Below, in pieces: positions 1-9,681 of a stretch of DNA of 64,000 bases. Within the stretch, counting starts at the first letter, position 1, and each line of letters starts with the position of its first letter. Below the pieces are notes generated by a model that was not told the origin of the DNA, did no database searches, and was given only the letters and a program-made list of their open reading frames with translations. Both the position numbers and the translations under genes were made by a program. The stretch lies in IMG/VR virus record IMGVR_UViG_3300046171_000328, positions 4,523 to 68,522 of that record. One strand, 5' to 3'. Source of the stretch: a virus.

Positions 1-1
1 T

Positions 2-3000
2 CAGTGGACCAATCAAGAAGGCTCCTCACGGGGTTTATTGGATTTTGCAGGGGATCGGCCAGAGATTCCTCTACTGACGGCAGTGACAGGGCCAAACACA
101 ATTCAGGTCAACTGGTCCCATGACAATAAATCCATTCGCTATGAGCTTTATCGGCACTCTCAAGAAGTGAATGTGATTGAAGATGGCGAGAAGATTTATG
201 AAATCAACACAACGGAGGACGCTGATAGTTGGGAGCCGGTCACACAACGTGTCGATGAGATTGGCTACAACACATTTGGGTATTATGTCGTAAAGGCTTT
301 TACTGAATTTGATGAAGCAATCAGCAGTGTCAAACGGGCTGAAACGCTGGTCACTCAGCCGACGCTCGACGGAGGTTTGACGGTTGCCCGTGACCCAAAC
401 AATATCGGCCACAGCGGCGGAATTTTAGTCGGTGCAACATGGGACATGGAAAACGATGGCCCCTCCTACAACGAAGGCTATAACGTTGACTTTTATTGGA
501 AGAGCCAAGACAGCAGTTTTATTGACACCTCCGTGACACGGGAAACAGCAGACAACGCAGGAAGTCCAATTTCTGTTTCACGCTCTGGCAATGGTGTTCA
601 AAGTTTCAATCTGGAAGGCAAGGATTTCGATCAGCTAACCCGCTACACCATCTTGATGGTGTTGACATGGCTGGGCGAAGAAGTGAGTAGCCGAGCTTTT
701 ATCGACAAAGGCAATATTCCTGATGCAGCGCGGGGTTTTAGTGTCTTCCAAAGCGGTAACAAGGGCTTGAGAATCAGTTGGTCTGATGATGAAAAAACAG
801 ACACCTATGAACTGTATGCCTCAAACAGTTCTGGCTCTAATTTAAAAGCAGAAGGAGCATCCAAGGTCAAAACAGCAACCGGCGGTTCTGCAAGCTACGA
901 ACACGTTGAAACACTGGATTATGCGACAACCCGTTATTATCAGGTTGTCAGCTACAACCAGTATTCTCCAGAAGGGGTATTGTCTGGTGTTCGCTCTGGC
1001 ACAACCTCTGAGCCATCACTAGCGATTCAAGGTTCAGCGCAGCGCTCTGGCTCATCGATGACAGATGTTTCCGTTTCTTGGACAGTCTTGCCCTCAGATC
1101 TGACAGGCTACAGCGTGGGTGTGACGATTAACGGCTCTTCAAAGAGTGTTTCACCTACCGCTGGGGGTGCGACATTCAGTGGGGCCGCTCCAAGTCATGA
1201 CTCAACTTATAGTGTTGAATTCACACTCAGTTGGGGTTCGAAGGCTCCTGCACGCACAACAGCGACGGTTCCCATCTTTACGGCCATGCCGTTGCCGATT
1301 CCTCAAAATCTAAGTTATTCTGCTCCGAATGTCAGTTGGTCTGCCGGATCAAATGGAAATTCCAACACGGTCACTTCTTATCGAATTGCCGCTCAACTTT
1401 GGAAGCATGGTGAAGCAGAACTAAACATCACAACAGATCCTTCAACATGGTATGACAATGGAGCTTCGACGAGCTATCGCGCAGGCACGCTGAATAGACA
1501 ATACATGAAGTGGGTGGTAGTGGCATATGCTGGGACGGTCAATGGATTGATGGGCGCACCCTCTCAGATTGCGACCAAAACATTTGTGTCAGGAACTCCA
1601 GACGATATAGGGCTTTCCACGCTGGAAACATTAAAAACCAGTATGAAGGTTCGCATCAATTTTGCGGACGCTAGCACAGTCACAGGTTGGAGAATTGAGA
1701 AGGACGGACAGACGGTACAAAGCGGCAATAATCCAACGGGCAATACAGAAGTATCTATTACTGGGTTATCTGCAGGAACAACTTACAAAATTGAGGCTTT
1801 TGCATACTGGGCTTTCAACAGTCCTGAAAACACAAAATCTGTTGTACAAAACATCTCAACGATAGATGACTACAAAGTCACGATGGGCAAGCCCATACTA
1901 TCATGGGTGGGCGATAATCTGCAGGTGACCGTACCCAGTATTAGTTATTCAATTCAGGGAGGACAAGGTAGCGTCAAGCTGGACTTTGGAGTGTCAGGAG
2001 CGACGAATCAGACGTATTCAAATGGGCAGGCTGGTGAATACACATCGACTACAGCAAATTTTTCAGCCGGTGCAAGTGGGACGTTTACAAAGACTTTCTC
2101 TCCAAGAGTGTGGATGCAAAAGCTCAACTATGCACATAGTTGGTATCCCACCAATGGCAGTTTTTCAGTAACTGTGACCATCACACATCCAACCAGCACA
2201 GCATCAGCCAGTAGCTCCAGCGAGTCCATTTCAACAACTGGAGCAGATGCTCATAAAATCCAATATGTTTCAGTATCTCAAGCACAAACAGGGTATCCCA
2301 CCTATGGGAACGGTCCTGCGACCTACTATGCTGGTTTAACTACTGACCCGTCAGCAAGTAACCATGTAAGCTCTGATGTTGGACGAGTGCCTGTTTCGTA
2401 TAAAGTAGTCAGCCGTGGTGGTACAACGGTTAGCGGGGCAACCATTGGTGTAGGTAGTTGCAAGGGAACATTTAGATTATTTTCTTGGAAGAGTCATGAT
2501 AATCATGATTATGCCCGAAAATACGGAACAAATAACAAAACGCCAGCACCAACAATCAGTTCAGGAAATCTAAACTGGGATTACGATAGCCGAGCAGATC
2601 GTTTTCGTGAAATGGAGTTCACACCCAGTGGCAGTATAACAGTGAATGAAGGAACAGGATTCAAAACACACAGTGTGTCATTTGAGAGCTATGATAAAAT
2701 CCGGCATCCAAGAATGCCCTTGACGCCACGTTACAGACCTACTCTTGCCCAAGGAGAAAACTCAATACAAGGCGGATGGAGTTTTAGACGTGGGGAATTT
2801 TTTTATAGAAGAGCGTTGCGGTATTCCTACTGGCAGGGAACCACATGGGATAACGGATTTAATCACACCGGTCTTGGATCACAACTCACAGTTTATTCAG
2901 ACTGCTCGGTTACTTACACGAATGGTTCAACGGTACGGCAAAATATACAGCACACATCTCATTTAAATAATGGCGAATACCCCTACTTCTTCTTCAGAGT

Positions 3001-3118
3001 TCCCAACATTACGTCGATTACCATTTATCACACTGTCATTCAATATACGATCAATGGAGCTTGGACAAGATGCTACATTTGGGGCAATTATGGTGGTTGG
3101 CAAAACAGTGAATGGTAG
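2..3118 (+). CDS. Large fibronectin type III repeat virion protein (5' truncated; possibly a baseplate wedge with FN3 extension)
   Basis: Frame open from base 2; several FN3-like units (IQVNWS...YELYR, LRISWS...YELY, ITGLSAGTTYKIEAFA); lies directly before the gp16-like gene, where P1 has bplA. Confidence 0.7.
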   Translation, partial: QWTNQEGSSRGLLDFAGDRPEIPLLTAVTGPNTIQVNWSHDNKSIRYELYRHSQEVNVIEDGEKIYEINTTEDADSWEPVTQRVDEIGYNTFGYYVVKAFTEFDEAISSVKRAETLVTQPTLDGGLTVARDPNNIGHSGGILVGATWDMENDGPSYNEGYNVDFYWKSQDSSFIDTSVTRETADNAGSPISVSRSGNGVQSFNLEGKDFDQLTRYTILMVLTWLGEEVSSRAFIDKGNIPDAARGFSVFQSGNKGLRISWSDDEKTDTYELYASNSSGSNLKAEGASKVKTATGGSASYEHVETLDYATTRYYQVVSYNQYSPEGVLSGVRSGTTSEPSLAIQGSAQRSGSSMTDVSVSWTVLPSDLTGYSVGVTINGSSKSVSPTAGGATFSGAAPSHDSTYSVEFTLSWGSKAPARTTATVPIFTAMPLPIPQNLSYSAPNVSWSAGSNGNSNTVTSYRIAAQLWKHGEAELNITTDPSTWYDNGASTSYRAGTLNRQYMKWVVVAYAGTVNGLMGAPSQIATKTFVSGTPDDIGLSTLETLKTSMKVRINFADASTVTGWRIEKDGQTVQSGNNPTGNTEVSITGLSAGTTYKIEAFAYWAFNSPENTKSVVQNISTIDDYKVTMGKPILSWVGDNLQVTVPSISYSIQGGQGSVKLDFGVSGATNQTYSNGQAGEYTSTTANFSAGASGTFTKTFSPRVWMQKLNYAHSWYPTNGSFSVTVTITHPTSTASASSSSESISTTGADAHKIQYVSVSQAQTGYPTYGNGPATYYAGLTTDPSASNHVSSDVGRVPVSYKVVSRGGTTVSGATIGVGSCKGTFRLFSWKSHDNHDYARKYGTNNKTPAPTISSGNLNWDYDSRADRFREMEFTPSGSITVNEGTGFKTHSVSFESYDKIRHPRMPLTPRYRPTLAQGENSIQGGWSFRRGEFFYRRALRYSYWQGTTWDNGFNHTGLGSQLTVYSDCSVTYTNGSTVRQNIQHTSHLNNGEYPYFFFRVPNITSITIYHTVIQYTINGAWTRCYIWGNYGGWQNSEW

Positions 3119-3123
3119 ACTGA

Positions 3124-3747
3124 ATGCCTAGCTCACTTTGGAGAAATCGGCTTCCTGCCAATCGCGCTCAAAATGACCGTTGGAACCAGTTTCTGGAGGT
3201 GCTGGAGGAAACGTGGCAGGCTCACTTGACGCCTGAACTTGAGCGCTTGGAGCAGGTTTTGAGTCTTTCTTCCAATGCTGAAGATAGAGAGCTTCGAATG
3301 CAGGAGTGGGGGGCTAGATTTTTGGCCACAGCTTCGCACCTTGCTCCTGAGATTGGTGTTCAGCAGGTTCAGAGTCTAAACTTGCTCAAAAATACAACGA
3401 CTTTGTGGAAAGCCTACGGACGGCAACTTGGTTTTGAGAATGAAGACATTGAAGTGGAAGCCAAGCAAACCACTTCCAATGGTGCATACAAAAAAGGAGT
3501 CTGGACCGATGATGGAAGAATCCCAACTTCCAGAATCTCGTTAGTTCTTTCATTACGCAACGCACGGTGGTATAGTCAGCCAATTTCCAGCCCTGCGAAT
3601 CTTTTACAGACTTATGCAGAGCAGACAAGGCCTGCGCACTTGGTGATTGAATCGCCGGTGATGGAAGCGCCAGAAGACATCGCTTACGTTTATCAGTTTA
3701 ATTACTCTGGTTACGAGTACGAGAGAACATGTCGAATCTCATTATAA
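3124..3747 (+). CDS. Baseplate wedge protein, P1 gp16 / P2 gpI-like
   Basis: WRNRL...PELERL...TSRISL...RPAHLVI pattern resembles recalled P1 gp16; precedes the tail fibre. Confidence 0.7.
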   Translation: MPSSLWRNRLPANRAQNDRWNQFLEVLEETWQAHLTPELERLEQVLSLSSNAEDRELRMQEWGARFLATASHLAPEIGVQQVQSLNLLKNTTTLWKAYGRQLGFENEDIEVEAKQTTSNGAYKKGVWTDDGRIPTSRISLVLSLRNARWYSQPISSPANLLQTYAEQTRPAHLVIESPVMEAPEDIAYVYQFNYSGYEYERTCRISL

Positions 3748-5570
3748 CCGACGCAGGTAAGGTCCAGATTGCCGCAAAGCAGGCGGCAGGACAGCCGTTG
3801 CTTCTGCGTGACGTGGCCTTCAGTGCAGATCTCAATGCGCCAGATCCCACATGGACGGTTTTACCAGTAGAAGAAGCGACTCAGTACGCAATTTCTCATG
3901 TGGGCAAGATTCCTGATGAGGATGCTGTTTTGTACTCGGTGACGCTGGATCAGACAATCGGCGATTTCACGATCAGCCTGATTGGCTACTATGACGATGA
4001 TGGAATTTTAATTTTAGTTGATCAGATTCCACCGTTTGACAAGCTCTCCACAGGGACTGGCAATGTTTTTCGGCATAATGCGGTAATCGATTATAGCAAT
4101 GCTGCAGCGGCACTACCGCTCAACATTCCTACCGCCCAGTTCCATCCAGAATCCAAGGAGATTCAAATCTTGCGCTCTGAAATGGGCGTAGTGATGGATA
4201 CGGCGATTACCAGTAGTGAAACATTCTTGCATGAGGTCCCTGCAATCAATGGTCGTATTGAACGACTGGAAGGCCGTTCACTGGTCATTGCTGATGCAGT
4301 AGAGACGGCTATTGAAGAAGTCCAAAATAATCAGGCAGTGCTAAATGATTTGCAACAGAAGACAACGGATAACGAAAATGCCTTGCTTCAGCAGATCAAA
4401 ACCATTGAAACCAAGGGCGAGTTTCTGGATGGGCCAATTCTTCACTTTACTGGATCTGGCCTGACGGTTGATCCGGCAACTCAGACCATTGACTTTTCAG
4501 TACCCACCGATTCACAGGGTGTGCTGATCAAGATGCCGGAAGAGGCTGAGTTTACCCGTGAGACACAACTGCATTTTGTGACAGATGAATTTATAGATAT
4601 GCAAAATGCAAATGGCCAAATTACAGTCCAACTCAATCCGACACGTCTCAAGGGCTTTGGGACCTTGCAGATTGCAGATGCTGATGAACTGACTTCCCTG
4701 AATGCCGATGGACTCGACACCACACTGACCATCGTGGCAGGTCGAGGCATCAATCTAAGCGCTGATGACACGAACAATACGCTGACGATGGCATCAGAAG
4801 ACCTTCAAGGGTTTCAGTCCATCGTGGTCAGCGATGAGGCAACCACAACGCTGGTTGCTACGTCTTCGACTACCTTGCGGCTGAGTAGTGGATCGAATTT
4901 GAAGATGCTGACGAATGCGGAAACCAATGAAATTACACTCTCCAGCATTTCGTATGGTTCAATTTATGTCCGTGCTTCAGATCCCACCAATGATGCTACA
5001 TTGACAGCGGCAGATCAGGATGTACTGACCTTTGAAGAGAGCGAAACCGTCAAGATGTCCTTGGTGGGTTACGGACAAGGACAGCAAGCCTTGAAGTTCG
5101 AAACGTCTTTTCCATCTGTGATCAATGAATCCTTTGAAATCAGCGGCGGCAACCTGCGGGTTTCGCAAGATGCCAACAACGTTGGAGGAGCGCTCTACTG
5201 TGAAGCAATTTACTGCTCTGGCGAAATTACTGGATTTAGCTCAGTTTCCGATGAGCGTCTGAAAACCAACGTGATCAGCTTTGAAAATGCGTTGCAAACC
5301 ATTGAAGGGCTGAATGCTTATCGCTTTGAGTGGGCCGAGACGATGGGCACAACTCGCGCTGGTAAGCCAGACATTGGCCTGATGGCTCAAGAAGTGGAGC
5401 AGGTCCTGCCGGAAGCCGTTTATGAAACAAGCTGGATGGGCAGCGATGAAGAGGTGGTCAAGACCATTCGCTACGAGCGAATTGTGCCGGTGTTGGTAGA
5501 GGCGATCAAAGAGCTATCGGAAAGAGTTCGTTCCTTGGAGAGCCAACTCAATGATTCAAGGAAGAAATAA
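3729..5570 (+). CDS. Tail fibre with N-terminal collar-fibre (DUF3751-like) domain and C-terminal peptidase S74 chaperone
   Basis: N-terminal IITDAGK...IGDFTISLIGYY; C-terminal SDERLKTNV...GLMAQEVEQVLPEAV...YERIVPVLVEAIKEL. Confidence 0.9.
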   Translation: MSNLIITDAGKVQIAAKQAAGQPLLLRDVAFSADLNAPDPTWTVLPVEEATQYAISHVGKIPDEDAVLYSVTLDQTIGDFTISLIGYYDDDGILILVDQIPPFDKLSTGTGNVFRHNAVIDYSNAAAALPLNIPTAQFHPESKEIQILRSEMGVVMDTAITSSETFLHEVPAINGRIERLEGRSLVIADAVETAIEEVQNNQAVLNDLQQKTTDNENALLQQIKTIETKGEFLDGPILHFTGSGLTVDPATQTIDFSVPTDSQGVLIKMPEEAEFTRETQLHFVTDEFIDMQNANGQITVQLNPTRLKGFGTLQIADADELTSLNADGLDTTLTIVAGRGINLSADDTNNTLTMASEDLQGFQSIVVSDEATTTLVATSSTTLRLSSGSNLKMLTNAETNEITLSSISYGSIYVRASDPTNDATLTAADQDVLTFEESETVKMSLVGYGQGQQALKFETSFPSVINESFEISGGNLRVSQDANNVGGALYCEAIYCSGEITGFSSVSDERLKTNVISFENALQTIEGLNAYRFEWAETMGTTRAGKPDIGLMAQEVEQVLPEAVYETSWMGSDEEVVKTIRYERIVPVLVEAIKELSERVRSLESQLNDSRKK

Positions 5571-6415
5571 TGTATACCTCCAGTGTCATTGATCAGTTAT
5601 CAGAAGGGCGGTTGAGCTTGATGGAAACAGGCCACGGTTCTTTCATTCCGATGCTCAAGATTCCAAAGTTCAAGCAGACAGCCATCGACATCACTTTTCC
5701 TGATGACCCGTTTCCAGCCTTTATGGTCGATGGAGTTGAAGTTAACGAGATTTACATTTCTCAGTTTAGTTATCCCTGCATCGCCAGATCAGCACCCACA
5801 ACGAGTGTTAATCTTGCAGACGCACGCACGCACGCGACGGCTCTGGGTTCAGGATTCCATTTGATGAGTGCATGGGAGTGGGCCGCATTGGTCTGGCATT
5901 TCAAGGAACATTGGGGCACTGAAAAAGGGCCAGTGATGGAAGACTCTTCCCGCAGTTTGGGTAGCGGGACATTTTTCTGGAGAATGCCTGCTGAGTGGTG
6001 GGGCGCTTGGGGGCTGACAGGTAATCTCTATGAATACTGCGACGGTGTTGAGTTGAGAAGCGGCAAGGTTTACGGACCACTGGAGAACAACATCTCCAAT
6101 TACAACACCACAGACGCTCTAGATGCCACGCTGTGGCCTGAACTTGGCGAGGTGACCTCTCATGCCAATAAACCACTAAACGAATCCCCTGTGATCGGTT
6201 CTCCACTTCAGATGATGCTTCTGAACGCTGCCTTGGTAGTCAATCCGCCGTTGGGTCAAACCTTTGCGTTGGATTCGGCAGGATCGTTGATTCTAGAGCG
6301 TGGTGGAGCGTATCATTCCGGCGAGGAAGCCGGTCTGGGAAATTATCGATTTACCAATCCAGCAACCTCTACGCAGTCCGACTCAGGTTTTCGGGTTGCC
6401 TACATTGCCCCATAG
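5570..6415 (+). CDS. FGE/CLec-fold, major tropism determinant-like receptor-binding protein
   Basis: PAFMVDGVEV, GFHLMSAWEW, GLTGNLYEY, RGGAY and GFRVAY motifs. Confidence 0.8.
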   Translation: MYTSSVIDQLSEGRLSLMETGHGSFIPMLKIPKFKQTAIDITFPDDPFPAFMVDGVEVNEIYISQFSYPCIARSAPTTSVNLADARTHATALGSGFHLMSAWEWAALVWHFKEHWGTEKGPVMEDSSRSLGSGTFFWRMPAEWWGAWGLTGNLYEYCDGVELRSGKVYGPLENNISNYNTTDALDATLWPELGEVTSHANKPLNESPVIGSPLQMMLLNAALVVNPPLGQTFALDSAGSLILERGGAYHSGEEAGLGNYRFTNPATSTQSDSGFRVAYIAP

Positions 6416-6424
6416 GAGTTCCCC

Positions 6425-7321
6425 ATGTTTGATTTTGATTTTTTCGGCACTGATTATTTAAAGGGCCAAACCGACCTTTTGACAGAGGCCTTAGAAATCA
6501 AGGCCAGTAATATGACCAAGGCCCGTTTTGAGAGTTTTCTGAAGAAGACCTTTCTCAAAACGTCAGACAAGGTCTTTTATTTGAAGGGTGAAGAGGGTCA
6601 AGAGGGTAAATATACTTACAAGTACAAATCTTTTCCAGCGCTGGATATTCTAGATGTTTCCATGCCGAGTAAGCCCAAGCGCGAACTCAATGCGTTCACC
6701 AGAACGGAGTTGCAGTCCTTTCGGGTGAAGGTCAAGTGTTCTCACAACATCCGCTTGGACTTTCTGGTCCAGTTTGAATCAACCATCAAGGGAGCAAGGC
6801 TTTCGGCCAGCACCAGAGGCTTTATCTCTGAGGTTAAAATCAACAACCAGCCCATTCGCCTCTCAAGGTCTGAGATGGACACTGAGAAGGCCGCTACCGC
6901 CTCTGGCCTGAAAGCCGTAATCACAAAGGTCAGGGCTGGCTTGAAGGCCGCTTATGATGAATTGGGGCACAAGAGCGCAAAACAAGTAAAAAAACAGGAA
7001 GGCGGAGGTTCTAAAGGTGAAAACGAAAAAGGCGGACTGAGCCGAGAGCAAGAGAAACTACGCAGGAAAGTAACCGATGGTCAATCGGAAGAAGAACGTG
7101 AAGGCCGCCAGAAAAAACGGGCCAAGTCGATTAAAAAACAACATGAGGCTGTGAAAGCTGAAAAGCAGGAACTGCAAAAGAAGCTGGAGCAGAGGAAGCG
7201 TGAGGTAGAAAGCATTGGAAGCTCCGGTGACGGACTTCAAAGTCAAATTGACCAAATGCAGGAATACAAGGCACGACTGCAACAACAGTTGGAGTCTTTA
7301 CGGTCAACGCAGGCCGCTTAA
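6425..7321 (+). CDS. hdf: Head determination factor Hdf-like
   Basis: GFISEVKINNQPI resembles recalled P1 Hdf GDISSVRLNGKAI; C-terminal coiled coil; directly upstream of darA as in P1. Confidence 0.7.
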   Translation: MFDFDFFGTDYLKGQTDLLTEALEIKASNMTKARFESFLKKTFLKTSDKVFYLKGEEGQEGKYTYKYKSFPALDILDVSMPSKPKRELNAFTRTELQSFRVKVKCSHNIRLDFLVQFESTIKGARLSASTRGFISEVKINNQPIRLSRSEMDTEKAATASGLKAVITKVRAGLKAAYDELGHKSAKQVKKQEGGGSKGENEKGGLSREQEKLRRKVTDGQSEEEREGRQKKRAKSIKKQHEAVKAEKQELQKKLEQRKREVESIGSSGDGLQSQIDQMQEYKARLQQQLESLRSTQAA

Positions 7322-7339
7322 TCAAACTGGAGAAGGGAT

Positions 7340-9670
7340 ATGTTCACCGACATCTTTGAAAATATCGATTACGGCGTCACCAGCGTTGATTTGACTCTTG
7401 ATGATGAGTTGAAGCCGAGGGTGTTGCCAATCCTTGATGAAGGCCGTTACGGCAAGGACCTGCCAGAGGAGCAGATTATTGCAGAGTGGCTAGAGATCAT
7501 TGCCGAGGAAGACAACGAATTTCTGGCAGGAGAGCCAGACTTGTTGGTTGAAGACTACGATTGGGGCGATCCGCTGGAAGGCCAAGCACTGGTCTTGGAG
7601 AATCTGTCCATTAAATACAATGAATTCCGCCAGCGCATGAAGCGCTTTCAGAGCAAGATCAATAACAATTCAACCCTCAAAGTGGTCAAGATCGATGGGC
7701 CGCAAGGCACAGCAAAGAACGGCGACCTTATTCGGCCACAGCGCAAATTCGGCGTGGTTTTACAGCGAGTGATCTGGCATTTAAATGACGGTCAAACAAT
7801 CACAGCCGTGTTTGAAGTGGAAGGTGCAGACGGTTTGATGCTCAAAGATGAGCATGTACTTTCCAGTTTCATTTGGAAGATCAACGGCATTGACATCACC
7901 CGATTTCTTTTCAAGAGCCTGACCGTAGACGATGAAAGAGGAGGTGGACGAGGCCTGACAGAGCGGCAACTAGCCCAGCGCTTGGGGCGCTACGTTGAGC
8001 AGAATGCTGAAAACTTTGCCAAGAAAAAAGCAGGTAATGATGCAGCAAGAGCAGAGCTTGATGCCGATACTGCAGAAGTGGATCGATTGACACAAGAACT
8101 CGACACGCTCAACAAAGGCAGTGAGCAAAGCGAAAATAAGAAAGTCTTTCAAGAGCAGCAATTGGAGCGCTTGGGTAAGGACATCGAAGACTTGAAGCGC
8201 CAGATTCGGGAAGCTGGTGGTGTGCCTGATGGAGATGATGAAGAAATTGCTCCACCGCCCCCACCACCAACTGATGAAGAAGAAATCACACCCCCACCAC
8301 CTGAAGAGGAAGAAGAAGAGTTTGACGAGCTTGACCCAGCAAACTATACGGGTCTAGAGAGCGTCGATAAATTGGTAAATCATCCAAGCGTGGTCCAATC
8401 TCTGACAAATCTCAATAATGCTCTAGTAGCCATTGGCATGGAGAATTTGAATCCTACAATATTTGGTAGGTCACCTAGTGCAGGGGGAGATGTTTTCACT
8501 CTGCAGATTTACCTTAAAGAATTAATTGCACGATCTACAGAAAGCGGAGAGAGCCTTGATCTGGATGATGCTCTTGGATTCATAATAGAAATGCTCAACA
8601 ACAGAGGACTAGATTTCTTCAGTGATCCAATTAGTAACTATATGAAAGACAACGGTTTAGGTTTCTTCAACCTCTATGAAATAAGTGGAACGATCAATAA
8701 TGTTGTATTCCACCTAGATAGAGATCTCTTGATGAGAATTCATTCACAGCTAGATACTGGTGAAACTGAAGAAGAGGAAGAAACAGATTCAAGATATGTC
8801 AATTTCCCAGAGTATGCTGCGCTCTTCGATAAGGGTGATGCCGTAGAATGGTATCGCGTAGGTGGCGATACTTGGGAAAAAGGAACGTATCAGGGAGTGG
8901 ATACTGATGGCCGAGCCTTAATTACTTGGGAAGGAGGGGGAGGTAGTGCCCCATTCAGTGTTTACCACAACCGAATGAGCTTGAGGCCAGATGTTGATTT
9001 TGATCGTGGTGGAGATAGGCGAAATGTTCTCGATAACTTCCTCCAGTCAGTCAGTGAAATGAACAATCAGATTCTGCAAAAAAAAGCAGGACCAATCTAT
9101 GATTCATTTTACAGTGCAGCCGCAATGTTACTCCGCTATCACAATCAGTCAGTTGCTGGTTCTGGTATCGGTGAAACTGTAACCATGGAAGAGATGATTG
9201 AGATGCTTCGTGAATCTGTCCATGACCGGATGGAAGCTGCACATGATAAAGCAAACGCAACTTATGAGAAATTGCTCCCTGAAGTCATTACAGCCAGTGT
9301 CTTATTCGCTTTGGGACAGCAGGTAAGAGAAATGGCCAATGAGTACGAAATGGATACAGGACAAATCGATGTGATCAAAAATCAACAAACAGGCGCATAC
9401 GAATATAGCTACACTGCTGATGATCTGGGTGACAACAGTGATGATGATGTAGAGCCAGACGAAGTGGAACCCGATGAAGTAGAACCTGATGAGACAGACA
9501 GCGGTGGTGGTGATTTAGAAGCTCAAGTCAATGAAATTCTAAAATCCGAAGATCCTGTCTACATTGCCGACATGCAAGAAGAATTGGAGGACGCACTTGA
9601 GGCGGCTGGCCGTGAAGACTTGCTTGATGCGATGGATGAGCGAATGAACGAACTTTCCCAAAGAGACTAA
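7340..9670 (+). CDS. darA: Defence-against-restriction protein DarA-like
   Basis: DarA_N-like LNDGQTITAVF...FIWKINGIDIT...LGRYVEQNAENF followed by coiled coil; C-terminal ALEAAGR resembles DarA_C. Confidence 0.8.
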   Translation: MFTDIFENIDYGVTSVDLTLDDELKPRVLPILDEGRYGKDLPEEQIIAEWLEIIAEEDNEFLAGEPDLLVEDYDWGDPLEGQALVLENLSIKYNEFRQRMKRFQSKINNNSTLKVVKIDGPQGTAKNGDLIRPQRKFGVVLQRVIWHLNDGQTITAVFEVEGADGLMLKDEHVLSSFIWKINGIDITRFLFKSLTVDDERGGGRGLTERQLAQRLGRYVEQNAENFAKKKAGNDAARAELDADTAEVDRLTQELDTLNKGSEQSENKKVFQEQQLERLGKDIEDLKRQIREAGGVPDGDDEEIAPPPPPPTDEEEITPPPPEEEEEEFDELDPANYTGLESVDKLVNHPSVVQSLTNLNNALVAIGMENLNPTIFGRSPSAGGDVFTLQIYLKELIARSTESGESLDLDDALGFIIEMLNNRGLDFFSDPISNYMKDNGLGFFNLYEISGTINNVVFHLDRDLLMRIHSQLDTGETEEEEETDSRYVNFPEYAALFDKGDAVEWYRVGGDTWEKGTYQGVDTDGRALITWEGGGGSAPFSVYHNRMSLRPDVDFDRGGDRRNVLDNFLQSVSEMNNQILQKKAGPIYDSFYSAAAMLLRYHNQSVAGSGIGETVTMEEMIEMLRESVHDRMEAAHDKANATYEKLLPEVITASVLFALGQQVREMANEYEMDTGQIDVIKNQQTGAYEYSYTADDLGDNSDDDVEPDEVEPDEVEPDETDSGGGDLEAQVNEILKSEDPVYIADMQEELEDALEAAGREDLLDAMDERMNELSQRD

Positions 9671-9681
9671 GGAGATTAACC

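Noticed and set aside
5570-6415. Diversity-generating retroelement targeting the Mtd-like gene
   Set aside because: No reverse transcriptase and no adenine-mismatched template repeat of the 3' end seen in the window; they could lie outside it
3729-6415. P1-like Cin/cix invertible tail-fibre segment
   Set aside because: No invertase and no oppositely oriented alternative fibre end
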